A DNA stretch of 64,000 bases, from the NCBI GenBank assembly GCA_017625065.1, contig JAGALS010000075.1, forward strand, positions 3,659-67,658. Reading direction: 5' to 3'. Position 1 is the stretch's first letter; every line of letters begins with the position of its first letter. The translations under genes and the position numbers were made by a program. The notes beneath the pieces were generated by a model that had not been told where the DNA came from, made no database searches, and saw nothing but the letters and a program-made list of their open reading frames with translations. This document shows, piece by piece, positions 23,770-33,813 of this stretch. The stretch comes from Clostridia bacterium. Its GTDB lineage: Bacteria; Bacillota; Clostridia; Oscillospirales; CAG-272.

Positions 23770-25410
23770 ATGAATTTCAGAATTACATCACCACTGACAA
23801 AACTGCGTCTTTCTGATAAGGTGGCTCAATTTCCTCGCTATGAGCGCGCCAGCGCACTGCTTTGCGACCGCCTTTATTTCTCTGCGGTCTACGACGGTGA
23901 GGGGCTGAACGCCAAGCAAGCCGTCAGGGCAAGCGTAACCGTGTGCTCCGAATTGGCACCTCATATCAAGGTGTATGCCGTGGATCACGTTCCCGTGCGG
24001 CTTCCCCATTATGCAGCCTCCTTTGACGGCGACTATATCGGGCACGAGCCGGGACTATACCCGGATGTGCTCCGCCCAACCGATACCGTCCATCTGCAGC
24101 CCGGTCAATCGGGTCAGCTTTATTTTGAACTGAACGTTCCCAAGGACGTTGCCGCCGGCACCTATCCCATCACGGTAGAGATCTTGCCCGAGGGCAGCGA
24201 AGAAGCCATTTCGGCGACCTTGACCGTGGAAATTTTACCCGAGCAGATCCCCGAGCAGACCATTACCTATACGCAATGGTTCCACTACGATTGCCTTGCC
24301 TCCTACTACAACGTGGAGATCTTCTCGGAAAGGCATTGGGAGATTATCGAAAATTTCATGAAAACAGCGGTCAAAACAGGCATCAATGCCATTTTAACGC
24401 CCGTTTTCACACCTCCCCTTGACACCGCCGTAGGCGGTGAGCGTCCCACCGTTCAGCTTGTCGATATCAAAGTCAAAAAGGGAAAATATTCCTTTGGATT
24501 TACAAAGCTGAAGCGGTTTTGCGAAATGTGCCGCAGGATCGGTGTCAAGGATCTTGAAATTGCCCACCTCTTTACGCAATGGGGTGCCGAACACGCGCCA
24601 AAGATCATGGCAACGGTAGACGGAGAGTATAAGCGCATCTTCGGTTGGGAGACCGATGCCTCCAGCGCTGAATATTCTGACTTTTTGCACGCCTTTCTTC
24701 CCGCTTTGATCAAAAAGCTGAACGAATACGGCTATGAAGGTCATTATTTCTTCCACATATCGGACGAGCCAAGCAAGGCGCATCTGGAAAGCTATCAAAG
24801 GGCCAAAAACACCGTTTGGGATCTCATCAGCTCTTATCCCGTACGCGATGCGCTCTCCCATTACGAATTTTACGAAAACGGCATTGTCAAAAATCCCGTT
24901 CCGGCTATACAATCAGCCCATACCTTTATCCAAAACAACGTGCCCGATCTTTGGGTATACTATTGCTGTTCGCCCGGCAGCAAGGCATCTAACCGCTTTA
25001 TCGCAATGTCGGCAAACCGCACCCGTGTGATCGGTGCGCAAATGTACAAGGCAGGCGTGACCGGCTTTTTGCATTGGGGATATAACTTTTACTACAATCG
25101 GTATTCGCGCGGTATGATCAATCCGTTTCTCATCACGGACGGCGACTTCTTCTCCCCCGCCGGTGATGCCTTTTCGGTTTATCCAAACACAGACGGCACG
25201 CCCCTTCTCTCCTTGCGAGCGGCACTGTTCGAGCAGGCGCTGTTCGATATGCGCGCGATGGCGTTGGCTGAACAAAAGGCAGGAAGAGATGCTGTGATCG
25301 CTGCCATTGACCGTTGCGGTGCCACCGATTTCACTCACTATTCGACCGATCCCAAGCATCTTCTTGCGCTTCGTGAGGAGGTCAACAAAATGGCTACAAA
25401 AGAAAGCTAA
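23770..25410 (+). CDS. DUF4091-like putative glycoside hydrolase
   Basis: AAGGAG RBS, then ATG 23770 (MNFRITSPLTKL...). 546 aa with a GLYPDVLRP-type motif and a TIM-barrel-like central region. The family call is from memory with moderate certainty. Confidence 0.55.
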   Translation: MNFRITSPLTKLRLSDKVAQFPRYERASALLCDRLYFSAVYDGEGLNAKQAVRASVTVCSELAPHIKVYAVDHVPVRLPHYAASFDGDYIGHEPGLYPDVLRPTDTVHLQPGQSGQLYFELNVPKDVAAGTYPITVEILPEGSEEAISATLTVEILPEQIPEQTITYTQWFHYDCLASYYNVEIFSERHWEIIENFMKTAVKTGINAILTPVFTPPLDTAVGGERPTVQLVDIKVKKGKYSFGFTKLKRFCEMCRRIGVKDLEIAHLFTQWGAEHAPKIMATVDGEYKRIFGWETDASSAEYSDFLHAFLPALIKKLNEYGYEGHYFFHISDEPSKAHLESYQRAKNTVWDLISSYPVRDALSHYEFYENGIVKNPVPAIQSAHTFIQNNVPDLWVYYCCSPGSKASNRFIAMSANRTRVIGAQMYKAGVTGFLHWGYNFYYNRYSRGMINPFLITDGDFFSPAGDAFSVYPNTDGTPLLSLRAALFEQALFDMRAMALAEQKAGRDAVIAAIDRCGATDFTHYSTDPKHLLALREEVNKMATKES

Positions 25411-25514
25411 AACGGCAAATTCCATTTTTAACACAACATTTTCCAATTTTAAAATTGATATTTTTTAAAATTATTTGTTGTTTTATCTTGTTTTTTATAA
25501 TTTTTTATCAAAGC

Positions 25515-25560
25515 GAAAAAGTCTTGCCTTTTGTTTCTCTGAAAAGGCAAGACTTTTTTG
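25515..25560. terminator. Bidirectional terminator between convergent genes
   Basis: AAAAA-GTCTTGCCTTTT-loop-AAAAGGCAAGAC-TTTTTT. Confidence 0.75.
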
Positions 25561-25587
25561 TGTCATAGGGATACTTTATAAAACATC

Positions 25588-26847
25588 TTAAAAAACCGTG
25601 ATGTGTGCGCCGAGCGCACGGAGCTTGGCTTCCAGATGCTCATACCCCCGACCGATGGTCGAGGCGTTGGTGATCTCGCTTTGCCCGTTTGTGGCAAGCG
25701 CCGCAAGGAGCAACGCGGCTCCGCCCCGTAGGTCGGGAGATCGCAGCTTCTTTGCCTGCAGCGAGCTTGGCTGAATGAAAGCGCATCGATCCCGAACACT
25801 CACAGCAGCACCCATAAGGCGCAGCTCCTCAATATAACGAAAGCGAGACTCAAAGACAAGCTCTGTAACGCTTCCCTCCCCGCTTGCACGGTTGCCAAGG
25901 CAAAACAGCGCCGCCATCTGCGGATGCAGATCGGTGGGAAACGCCGGAAAAGGGCCTGTCACGATATCGGTGCATTGATAGCCCTTGGGGGCTGTAACAG
26001 TGATCGAGCGCGCTCCCGTTTCAATCTGAGCGCCCATTTTTGAAAAAGCATCCAGCAAGGGCGTTAAATGCTCGGGACAAACCGCACGCACGCGAACAGG
26101 TCCGCCGCAGGCAACACCCGCGCAAAGATAGGTTCCCGCCTCGATCATATCGGGAATGATCGCGTTGTGTGTACCGTGGAGCTTCGGCACGCCCTGCACG
26201 CAAATGGTGTCTGTGCCTACACCCGTGATCCTAGCCCCCGCATCGCCAAGAAATGCGGCAAGCGCCGCCACGTGCGGCTCTGCGGCGGCGTTTCGGATCT
26301 CTGTTTCACCTTCAGTAAGCGAAGCGGCGATCATCAGATTAGCGGTGGCTCCAACAGATGGCATTGCAAGAGGGATCGTGGCACCGTGAAGCCCGTTGGG
26401 TGCTTCAAGCACCACACCGCTTTCGCGACAAGTAACCACCGCCCCCATTCGCTCAAAGCCGAGCAAGTGCTGGTCGATGGGGCGAGAGCCAAAATCACAA
26501 CCGCCGGCGCCCCCAAGCTCCGCCTTGCCGAATCTGGCAAGCATCGCGCCAAGCAAATAAGTAGACCCGCGAATGGCTGATGTCAGAGTACAGGGAGCGC
26601 AAGCCGCACGCACGCTTGAATAATCCACACGGACATCGCCGCTTTGCAGAAAGCGGATCCGCGCGCCAAGAAATTTTAAGATCTCAAGTGTTTGCAATAC
26701 ATCACTTACACGCGGCAAATTGGAAAAAGTACAAACATCGCCCGTGACAATACCGCCAAAAAGGATCGGCAGTGCCGCGTTTTTGCTGCCGCCGACTGTC
26801 ACCTCGCCCGAAAGCCGCCTACCCCCGTTGACCACGATCTTGTTCAT
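25588..26847 (-). CDS. murA: UDP-N-acetylglucosamine 1-carboxyvinyltransferase
   Basis: MNKIVVNGGRRLSGEVTVGGSKNAALPIL..., with the active-site loop GGCDFGSRPIDQH retaining the Cys. ATG 26847 has a G-rich RBS; the track start at 26922 is an extension. Confidence 0.93.
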   Translation of the reverse strand: MNKIVVNGGRRLSGEVTVGGSKNAALPILFGGIVTGDVCTFSNLPRVSDVLQTLEILKFLGARIRFLQSGDVRVDYSSVRAACAPCTLTSAIRGSTYLLGAMLARFGKAELGGAGGCDFGSRPIDQHLLGFERMGAVVTCRESGVVLEAPNGLHGATIPLAMPSVGATANLMIAASLTEGETEIRNAAAEPHVAALAAFLGDAGARITGVGTDTICVQGVPKLHGTHNAIIPDMIEAGTYLCAGVACGGPVRVRAVCPEHLTPLLDAFSKMGAQIETGARSITVTAPKGYQCTDIVTGPFPAFPTDLHPQMAALFCLGNRASGEGSVTELVFESRFRYIEELRLMGAAVSVRDRCAFIQPSSLQAKKLRSPDLRGGAALLLAALATNGQSEITNASTIGRGYEHLEAKLRALGAHITVF

Positions 26848-27047
26848 TTTGCGCTCCCCCTTCGAACGAAAAATCCTTCGGGAGCAGTATATGCATTTGG
26901 CAAGAGATCGGTCAAATAGCATACCTTGGAAAGCTTCCTGAAATTACATTTGAAAGCAGTAAAGCAAATATGTTATACTGTACAGGAAAGGAGATCGCAC
27001 ACAAAAAAGGTGGCAATTCCCTTGAAAAAGTATGGAGGTACAGTGTA

Positions 27048-27656
27048 ATGAAAAAGATACTTATATTTGCATTGAGCGCAATCATCATTACCGTGACGTG
27101 TCTGACCTGTGTGTCAGCTGCCACGTCTCACAAGGTGGTATCCGGTGATACGATGTGGAAGATCGCCGTAAAGTATGAGGTGGGGCTCAGCGAGCTGAAA
27201 AGCGCTAACTCTCAAATCACCAATCCCGATCTGATCTATCCGGGCCAGGTCTTGAGCATACCGACCACCAATTCCACAGTGCAAGAGTATGAAAAAGAGG
27301 TCATCAGGCTTGTCAATGAGATCCGCGCACAAAACGGATTAAAGGCGCTTTCGCACAATTGGGAGCTCAGCCGTGTTGCACGCTACAAATCACAGGATAT
27401 GAAGGATAACCGATATTTCTCACATACAAGTCCCGTGTACGGATCTCCGTTTCAAATGATAAAAAGCTTTGGTATTACATACAGAAGCGCCGGAGAAAAC
27501 ATTGCGAAAGGTCAAGCAACACCGAGGGCAGTTGTGAACGCCTGGATGAATTCCTCGGGGCACCGCGCCAACATTTTGAATGCATCCTTTACCCAGATCG
27601 GTGTGGGATACGTTGCAAGCGGACATTATTGGACACAGATGTTCATTGGAAAGTAA
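27048..27656 (+). CDS. Secreted LysM-domain plus CAP/SCP (YkwD-like) domain protein
   Basis: GGAGG RBS, signal peptide MKKILIFALSAIIITVTCLTCVSA, LysM (HKVVSGDTMWKIAVKY...IYPGQVLSIP), and a CAP domain (NEIRAQNGL...GENIA...WMNSSGHRANIL). Confidence 0.85.
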   Translation: MKKILIFALSAIIITVTCLTCVSAATSHKVVSGDTMWKIAVKYEVGLSELKSANSQITNPDLIYPGQVLSIPTTNSTVQEYEKEVIRLVNEIRAQNGLKALSHNWELSRVARYKSQDMKDNRYFSHTSPVYGSPFQMIKSFGITYRSAGENIAKGQATPRAVVNAWMNSSGHRANILNASFTQIGVGYVASGHYWTQMFIGK

Positions 27657-27685
27657 GGTCGTTATCTATAGGGCTAAAGTAAGAA

Positions 27686-27716
27686 GGCACCTGCGATATT
27701 TTTCGCAGGTGTCTTA
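27686..27716. terminator. Hairpin between convergent genes (probable terminator)
   Basis: GCACCTGCGA-loop-TCGCAGGTGT. The T-rich flank is on the minus strand. Confidence 0.5.
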
Positions 27717-27761
27717 AAAATATTGCAAATTGCACGAATTTCACATACCGTTTGCAAAATT

Positions 27762-28901
27762 TCAATACATTTGCTTGCGATACGCAACAGCGAGATCGAC
27801 CACCAGCCCATAGGAAGCAGTACCAGCCTTATTGCCGTGAAGCTTCAGATACGTGTCGTTAACAGCATCCGAAAGATCGGCGGCGACGGAATCGCGGTAG
27901 GTGTCAAAAAACGCGGAATACGCCCGCAATTCTCCGAGCACGCGATCATCCAACACATCAATGACCTCAGCATAACGCGCGTGATCCGCGCGGTAGAGCG
28001 CACTCGCCACGTATTCAAAAAGGTTGAGATAGCCCGAATAGCGAATATAGTCGTCATCGGATGCAACGGTAACCAAAAACGCCACAAAGCTAGCCTCATT
28101 TTCACGGGCGACGCCCCTTTGATGTGCAAGCTCGTGCGCGGCGGTAAACGGGACCGTGTAGTCGGGAAAAGCGACATTCACGTTGGCTTCCCCCGTAAAA
28201 TAGGTGTAAATACCCGTAATATGCGTGTAAGACAAGAGCTTGCTCGCTATCACGGGTTTGATATGGCTATCAAGCCGCTGCACAAAAGGGTATGCATCGC
28301 AAACCGGCTCGTAAGCATCGATCAAGCGATCATTCAGCTCTTGTAGCTCATAGGGCATAATTGAAAAGCCATCCTCGCCAAAACGCACACCGTTGGCGGC
28401 TTTATTGACTTCATCCGCAAGCCAAAGCGCGGTTTCGTGCAGTGCATCGACGCTGACCTCCTCTGCTTTGATGCCAAGGCGGTCGTCGATCGGATCGGTA
28501 TGATAGCCGATGCCAAATCCAAACGCAAACAGCGAAAAGAAGATGCTGAACACCGAAAGCATCGTCGCAAGGAAGATCAACGTGCTTTTCCAGCTTTCAC
28601 AGCGGTAACGGTAGGCATAGATCCCAACAAAAACGAGCAATAACGGTACTGAAAAAACAAGAATTTCGGCAAGGGAAAACGGGATCCAAGAGGTCAGATG
28701 CGCGAGGAAGGAACGCACCGCGGCCCCCACGGAGCTATTATACGCATTGGCAAAGCCGGGGCTGATCACACCGATCAGATATAGGATCAGAGAAAAGGCG
28801 AAAATACCGCAAAGCACATAAAAAAGCTTGGAAAATTTCTCGTAATTCTTAACCCGTTTGGCCACATTCTGCTTCTGCAAGCGCGATCGCCTCCTCTCCA
28901 A
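27762..28901 (-). CDS. DUF3810-like membrane protein with a zinc-metalloprotease-type HExxH motif
   Basis: N-terminal TM helices, then AAHELAHQRGVARENEASF. The start is uncertain: ATG 28901 overlaps the upstream gene by 53 nt, and GTG 28862 is an alternative. Confidence 0.7.
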   Translation of the reverse strand: MERRRSRLQKQNVAKRVKNYEKFSKLFYVLCGIFAFSLILYLIGVISPGFANAYNSSVGAAVRSFLAHLTSWIPFSLAEILVFSVPLLLVFVGIYAYRYRCESWKSTLIFLATMLSVFSIFFSLFAFGFGIGYHTDPIDDRLGIKAEEVSVDALHETALWLADEVNKAANGVRFGEDGFSIMPYELQELNDRLIDAYEPVCDAYPFVQRLDSHIKPVIASKLLSYTHITGIYTYFTGEANVNVAFPDYTVPFTAAHELAHQRGVARENEASFVAFLVTVASDDDYIRYSGYLNLFEYVASALYRADHARYAEVIDVLDDRVLGELRAYSAFFDTYRDSVAADLSDAVNDTYLKLHGNKAGTASYGLVVDLAVAYRKQMY

Positions 28902-29778
28902 GCTCTATGATTTTGCTCCTCATATCGGTGGGCAAGGGCGCGCAGACCTTAACGGTCTCGCGCGTGCGAGGTGACGGAAAGGTCAGGGTCGCCGCGTGAA
29001 GCGCGTGGCGCTTCATCAGCGCATCCGCAACGCCGTAAAGATCATCACCAAGCATAGGATGCCCCACCGATGCCAGATGCACGCGCAGCTGATGGGTACG
29101 TCCCGTTTCGGGGAGCAAGCGCACCAGAGAAAAGTCATCACTTGCCGCAAGTGGCTCGACGATCGTTTTGGCATAGTCCCCTTCATTTGCCGCGCAGGCC
29201 TCGCGAATGATGATACTCTCGGCTTGACGCTTGATATTCCTTTCAATCGTCATCGGTCGATCCAAGCGCCCCTTAACAAGCGCCAGATAGGTCTTTTTGA
29301 TGTCGCCGTTTGCCATATCGGCAGAAAGCGTTGCCGCTGCAAGCGCGTGACGTGCAACCAAAACGGCTCCTGTTGTATTGCGGTCAAGGCGATTGACAAA
29401 ACGAGGGCGAAAACTCACCCCGTTTGCGGTGTAATGATAGGAAAGCCCGTTCGCGAGCGTATCCTCAAAATGCCCGTAAGAAGGGTGTGTCGGCATAAAG
29501 GCAGGCTTGTTTGCGACCAACAAGTCTTCGTTTTCAAAAACGATCGATATAGGCAATGGACGCGGCACGATATGAAGGGGGGATTCTTTTTCTTCCACGG
29601 CGATATCAAGCAGGTCTCCTGTGCTTAAAATGGCACGAACGGTCACTTGATCTTGATTCACGGTGATGCCATTTTCGATCCGCTTTAAGCGCGAAAGAAG
29701 TGTGGCAGATACACCCTGCTCGCGCAAATAATCACGCACCGACTTCCCGTTATCCTTTTCTTCGATCACAAAGCGCAA
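28849..29778 (-). CDS. RluA-family 23S rRNA/tRNA pseudouridine synthase (with an S4-like N-terminus)
   Basis: HRLDRNTTGAVLVARH catalytic motif and RTHQLRVHLAS. GAAGGAGG RBS followed by TTG 29778; the track ORF extends to 29889 without an RBS. Confidence 0.85.
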   Translation of the reverse strand: MRFVIEEKDNGKSVRDYLREQGVSATLLSRLKRIENGITVNQDQVTVRAILSTGDLLDIAVEEKESPLHIVPRPLPISIVFENEDLLVANKPAFMPTHPSYGHFEDTLANGLSYHYTANGVSFRPRFVNRLDRNTTGAVLVARHALAAATLSADMANGDIKKTYLALVKGRLDRPMTIERNIKRQAESIIIREACAANEGDYAKTIVEPLAASDDFSLVRLLPETGRTHQLRVHLASVGHPMLGDDLYGVADALMKRHALHAATLTFPSPRTRETVKVCAPLPTDMRSKIIELGEEAIALAEAECGQTG

Positions 29779-29895
29779 GGCGTCCACCTCCTTCTCACCA
29801 TAGTTTAGCACATTTTGTACCGAAATACAAGCGCAACATTTAAAAGATGTCTCATTAAAAAGCTTCCTTTGCAAAGGGAGCTCGCACAAAAGGGT

Positions 29896-29985
29896 GAGGG
29901 ATTGTAAAACGCAAAAGTTTATGCTTTACAATCCCTCCGTCACGCATACGCGTGCCACCTCCCTTTACACAAGGGAGGGCTTTTA
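29896..29985. repeat. REP-like cluster of three hairpins
   Basis: GAGGGATTGTAAA...TTTACAATCCCTC (29896-29937), CACGC-ATAC-GCGTG (29941-29954), and CCTCCCTT-TACACA-AGGGAGG (29958-29979). Confidence 0.5.
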
Positions 29986-30017
29986 TGCAATTTTACTTTA
30001 ACGCAAAGCGCCTTCGA

Positions 30018-31532
30018 TCATTCTTCTTTTTCGTTCCATAAGGGCAGCTCAAACCAGAACACACTGCCGACCCCTACGGCGCTCTCAACGCCATAAAAGG
30101 CGTTGTGCGCTTCCAGGATGCTTTTCACGATCGAAAGCCCCAGACCCGTGCCGATCACAGAACGGTTGTGCACCTTATCCACGCGATAATAGCGGTCCCA
30201 GATCTCGGGGATCTTGTCGGGCGGAATGCCCTCGCCGTCGTCAGCGATCGACAGGCGGACTCTTCCCTCTTGAACGGTTTGCGTGACCGTAACACGCTTG
30301 GATTCCCCCGCGTAGTTCACGGCATTATTGATCAGATTATAGATCACCTGCAGTATCATCGTGCGGTCTGCCTTGACCGTTGCCTCACCCTCGAAGTGCA
30401 AAAACTCAATACGGTATCCCTGATGATGGATCAAGGTCTCATAACGATGCATCGTGTCACGCACGGTTGCGGTCAGGTCAAACACCGTCGGGGTCGGGTT
30501 TTGCATACCCGACTGCAATTTTGATAGGTCCATCAGGTCGTTGACAAGCTCGGTAAGCCTTGTGGTCTCATCGATGATCGCCTGCACGTTTTCAGGGGAA
30601 TTTTCTCCCGGAATATCCCGCATCATCTCGCTGTAGCCCTTGATCATCGTAAGGGGGGTTCGAAGATCGTGGGAGATGTTGGCGATCAGCTCCTTTTGCA
30701 GTCTGTCGGTGGCACCGATCTCAGCCGCAGCAAAGTTCAGCGCATCCGCCAGCTCCTGCACCTCGCGGTATCCCTTTCCCGAAAAGTCGGGGGAATAGTT
30801 CCCCCTCGCAAGTCCTTTTGCCTTCTCCGTAATGTCGGTGAGAGGTCTTGCAATCATACGAGAGGTCAAAAAAGCCACAAGAAACGCGGCGATGAGCAAC
30901 GCCATCATGATCCACGAGAACTGTACCTCAAGTGTTTTGACAACGGCATCCACGGGGGTGAGCTGTGTATCCAATATCATCAGATATTCGTCGTTATCGA
31001 CCATCAGCAGCCGTGCGTGAATGGCATTGATCGAGGTCCCGCGGGAATGGAAGCCCGGCACGCGGAAGGCCTCGTCGTTGCTGTCAAAATCCTTGTGCAG
31101 CTCCAAACGGCGGTCGTACACGCCGCCGTTTTCCCTCACAAGATCATAGATCTTAGAAAGCTGATCCCCCGGCATATGATGGATCATACAATCGTTGTTT
31201 CCTTCGGCATTCGCCACCGAAACAGCCGTTCTTTTTTCGCCTTCTACGGGATCGTGCTCGATGCGATAAACACAAATACAAGCACCGTGTCCTTCGGCAT
31301 TTGTTTGAACCTGCGAAGCAAATTCCTCATCCCCTATCAAGGTCGAGAGGTTATTTGCCAGCTCCTGTATCTCGGAAAATTTTTCCCGTTCGTAAAAATA
31401 ACCCAGCAAACGGATCTGAAACACCCACAAAACGATCACAGAAAGCAGCGTGAGCGCGGCAAGCGCAAGAAAAAGTCGGGGTCTGACACCAAGACGTCTT
31501 TTGCGCCATTTTTCTTTGATACATTCCCTCAT
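30018..31532 (-). CDS. Sensor histidine kinase (2 TM, HAMP, HisKA, HATPase_c)
   Basis: H-box ISHDLRTPLT, N-box NLINNAVNYA, G-boxes DDGEGIP and GTGLGLSIV. It overlaps the response regulator stop by 4 nt. Confidence 0.9.
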   Translation of the reverse strand: MRECIKEKWRKRRLGVRPRLFLALAALTLLSVIVLWVFQIRLLGYFYEREKFSEIQELANNLSTLIGDEEFASQVQTNAEGHGACICVYRIEHDPVEGEKRTAVSVANAEGNNDCMIHHMPGDQLSKIYDLVRENGGVYDRRLELHKDFDSNDEAFRVPGFHSRGTSINAIHARLLMVDNDEYLMILDTQLTPVDAVVKTLEVQFSWIMMALLIAAFLVAFLTSRMIARPLTDITEKAKGLARGNYSPDFSGKGYREVQELADALNFAAAEIGATDRLQKELIANISHDLRTPLTMIKGYSEMMRDIPGENSPENVQAIIDETTRLTELVNDLMDLSKLQSGMQNPTPTVFDLTATVRDTMHRYETLIHHQGYRIEFLHFEGEATVKADRTMILQVIYNLINNAVNYAGESKRVTVTQTVQEGRVRLSIADDGEGIPPDKIPEIWDRYYRVDKVHNRSVIGTGLGLSIVKSILEAHNAFYGVESAVGVGSVFWFELPLWNEKEE

Positions 31533-32218
31533 TTTTTCTCCTCAAAGCGATACCCGACGCCACGCAAGGTCACAATGTAGTCGCTGTATCTGCCGAGCGT
31601 TTTGCGCAAAAGCTTGATATGGGTATCCAACGTGCGGATATCGCCAAAAAAGTCATAGCCCCAGACCTCGCTGATCAGCTTCTCACGTGTCAGCGCCACG
31701 TTGCGGTTCCGCAGCAGGTAAAAGAAGAGATCATATTCCTTCGGGGACATTTCGACCCTCTCGCCGTCCACATAAACGATACGCGCGGTCAGGTCAACGC
31801 GAAGCCCGCCGCCATCCAGCTCGATGATCTGATTTTTCTCGGTCTGCTCGGCGGCGCGCTTCACGCGCTTCATCACCGCCTCCACGCGCAGCATCAGCTC
31901 ACGGGGCGAAAAGGGCTTAACGACATAGTCGTCGATCCCAAGCTCAAAGCCGTTGATCTTGTCGTATTCCTCGCCTCTTGCGGAAAGCATAATAATGGGG
32001 GTGCTTGAGGTCTTGCGGATCTCACGGCAAGCGGAAAAGCCGTCAAGCTCCGGCATCATAATATCCAGAATGATGATATCAAACTGCTCGCGGCGGCAGA
32101 GGCTGACCGCCTCCATACCATCCCCTGCTTCGGTGACGGTATGCCCCTCAAATTCGGCGTATTTTCGCACGATAGAGCGAATACGCACCTCGTCGTCCAC
32201 TACCAGAATGTGATACAT
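31529..32218 (-). CDS. OmpR/PhoB-family response regulator
   Basis: Receiver domain (ILVVDDE...FDIIILDIMMPELDG...KPF) plus a winged-helix domain (LTREKLISEVWGYDFFGDIRTLDTHIKLLRKTL). Confidence 0.93.
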   Translation of the reverse strand: MYHILVVDDEVRIRSIVRKYAEFEGHTVTEAGDGMEAVSLCRREQFDIIILDIMMPELDGFSACREIRKTSSTPIIMLSARGEEYDKINGFELGIDDYVVKPFSPRELMLRVEAVMKRVKRAAEQTEKNQIIELDGGGLRVDLTARIVYVDGERVEMSPKEYDLFFYLLRNRNVALTREKLISEVWGYDFFGDIRTLDTHIKLLRKTLGRYSDYIVTLRGVGYRFEEKK

Positions 32219-32235
32219 AGCTGTCCTCCGTTGTT

Positions 32236-33654
32236 TTATTCAAATGCAACGCTTGCTTCGGTGGGTACATATTCCACCAGGGTGATCTGAACATTCAGCT
32301 TTTGACCGTCACGGATCACTTGCACCGTGATCTGATCCCCAACCTCGTGAGCGCGGATCGCGGTTTTCAAAAGCTCCAATGCCGTGCTTGCATCGTTGGC
32401 ATAGACCGTTGTGCCGTCAACACTGTAGATATAGTCGCCTTGCTTGAACTCACCGCTATCCTCAACGACCCACGGCATATACACGTAATAGGAGAAAAAG
32501 CCCTCTTGCCAGGAGTACTTGCAGCCCGTTACCGAGGCATTGATGGCGGGCATACCCGGAATATAGCCAAGCGTTAACAAATGATTGATGGAAACGAAAG
32601 CGGTGTCGATCGGAATGGCAAAGCCAAGTCCCTCCACACCCTCGGCGGAGATCTTTGCGTTCACGACGCCGATCAGCTCACCCGCCATATTAAAGAGTCC
32701 GCCGCCCGAATTGCCCGAGTTGATCGCGGCATTGGTCTGGATCAGCGTCATTGTGATGCCTTCCACCTGAACGGCGCGCTGGGTTGCGCTGATGATGCCG
32801 CTTGTAACGGTGCCGCCAAGCTCACCAAGCGGATTGCCGATGGCGATCACGGGCTCGCCGAGCGCCAACGCATTGCTGTTTCCAAGCGGTGCGACGGTCA
32901 GCGGTTCCTGCGGATCGATCTTAATAATGGCGATATCACCCTCTTCGTCAGAGCCGCGCAGGGTCGCCTTGTAGGTGTTGCCATTGGTCAGGCGCACATA
33001 GATGGTCTCAAGTCCGTCGATAACGTGATGATTGGTCACGATAATACCGTCCGCGTGGATGATGACACCGCTGCCAACGCCCGCCGTAATGGTTTGATAA
33101 CGGTTGCTCTGCGTGGTCAGGATCTCAACCACCGCATCCTTGACCTTGGCTGCCGTGGAAATGGTCGTGCCTGCAGCATCGCCCGCAGAGCCGTTTTGAT
33201 GACCGAGAAGGCCTGTGCCGTCGTTTTTGGGAATCACCACACCACTGTAATTGTAGTTTGAATCATCCACCGTATTATATGTGGTGCCGCCCCCCGGAGA
33301 GGTAATGCCATCTCCCGAGGTGGAGGTGCCGGGTGTATTGATATCAAAATCGGCAATGCTTGGATTCTGATGAGACGCAAGGTACCACACACCAACGCCG
33401 ATCGCGGCGATCAGAGCCAAAAGGATGGCACAAACGGCGATCAACGCGATCTTGGCGCTCTTCTTCCTTTTTCTGCTGTCCTCAAACTCGTAAAAGCTCA
33501 TAGGCGGCATATATTCACCGTTCTGGTTCTGATAGGAAACGCCGTACCACTGCGGTCCACACGAGGGATCGGAATAGTTATTGCCCGTGCCTTGGTTGCC
33601 TGCATCATACCCTTGATTTTCATTGTTTTGATTAAAGTCTTCCGGACGGTTCAT
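32236..33654 (-). CDS. HtrA/DegP-family trypsin-like serine protease with a PDZ domain
   Basis: TM anchor, catalytic His (TNHHVI), Asp, and Ser (GNSGGGLFN), with a C-terminal PDZ domain. ATG 33654 has a GGAAGGAG RBS. Confidence 0.9.
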   Translation of the reverse strand: MNRPEDFNQNNENQGYDAGNQGTGNNYSDPSCGPQWYGVSYQNQNGEYMPPMSFYEFEDSRKRKKSAKIALIAVCAILLALIAAIGVGVWYLASHQNPSIADFDINTPGTSTSGDGITSPGGGTTYNTVDDSNYNYSGVVIPKNDGTGLLGHQNGSAGDAAGTTISTAAKVKDAVVEILTTQSNRYQTITAGVGSGVIIHADGIIVTNHHVIDGLETIYVRLTNGNTYKATLRGSDEEGDIAIIKIDPQEPLTVAPLGNSNALALGEPVIAIGNPLGELGGTVTSGIISATQRAVQVEGITMTLIQTNAAINSGNSGGGLFNMAGELIGVVNAKISAEGVEGLGFAIPIDTAFVSINHLLTLGYIPGMPAINASVTGCKYSWQEGFFSYYVYMPWVVEDSGEFKQGDYIYSVDGTTVYANDASTALELLKTAIRAHEVGDQITVQVIRDGQKLNVQITLVEYVPTEASVAFE

Positions 33655-33813
33655 TTGGTCACACTCCTTCCGTTTTGGTGATTTTATTCTACGTCGCAAT
33701 TGTGACAGTTTTATGATTATGACGAAAAAAGGAATTGAATTTCGGGCAATAAGTTGAAATACTTTATATCTTATGCTATAATAAACACAAGAATAGGAAA
33801 GGCGGGAATACTT

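Noticed and set aside
28849-28901. 53-nt overlap between the rluA-like gene 3' end and the DUF3810-like gene 5' end
   Set aside because: It is most simply explained by an over-extended start call for the DUF3810-like gene (the alternative GTG 28862 leaves a 14-nt overlap) rather than by programmed overlap.
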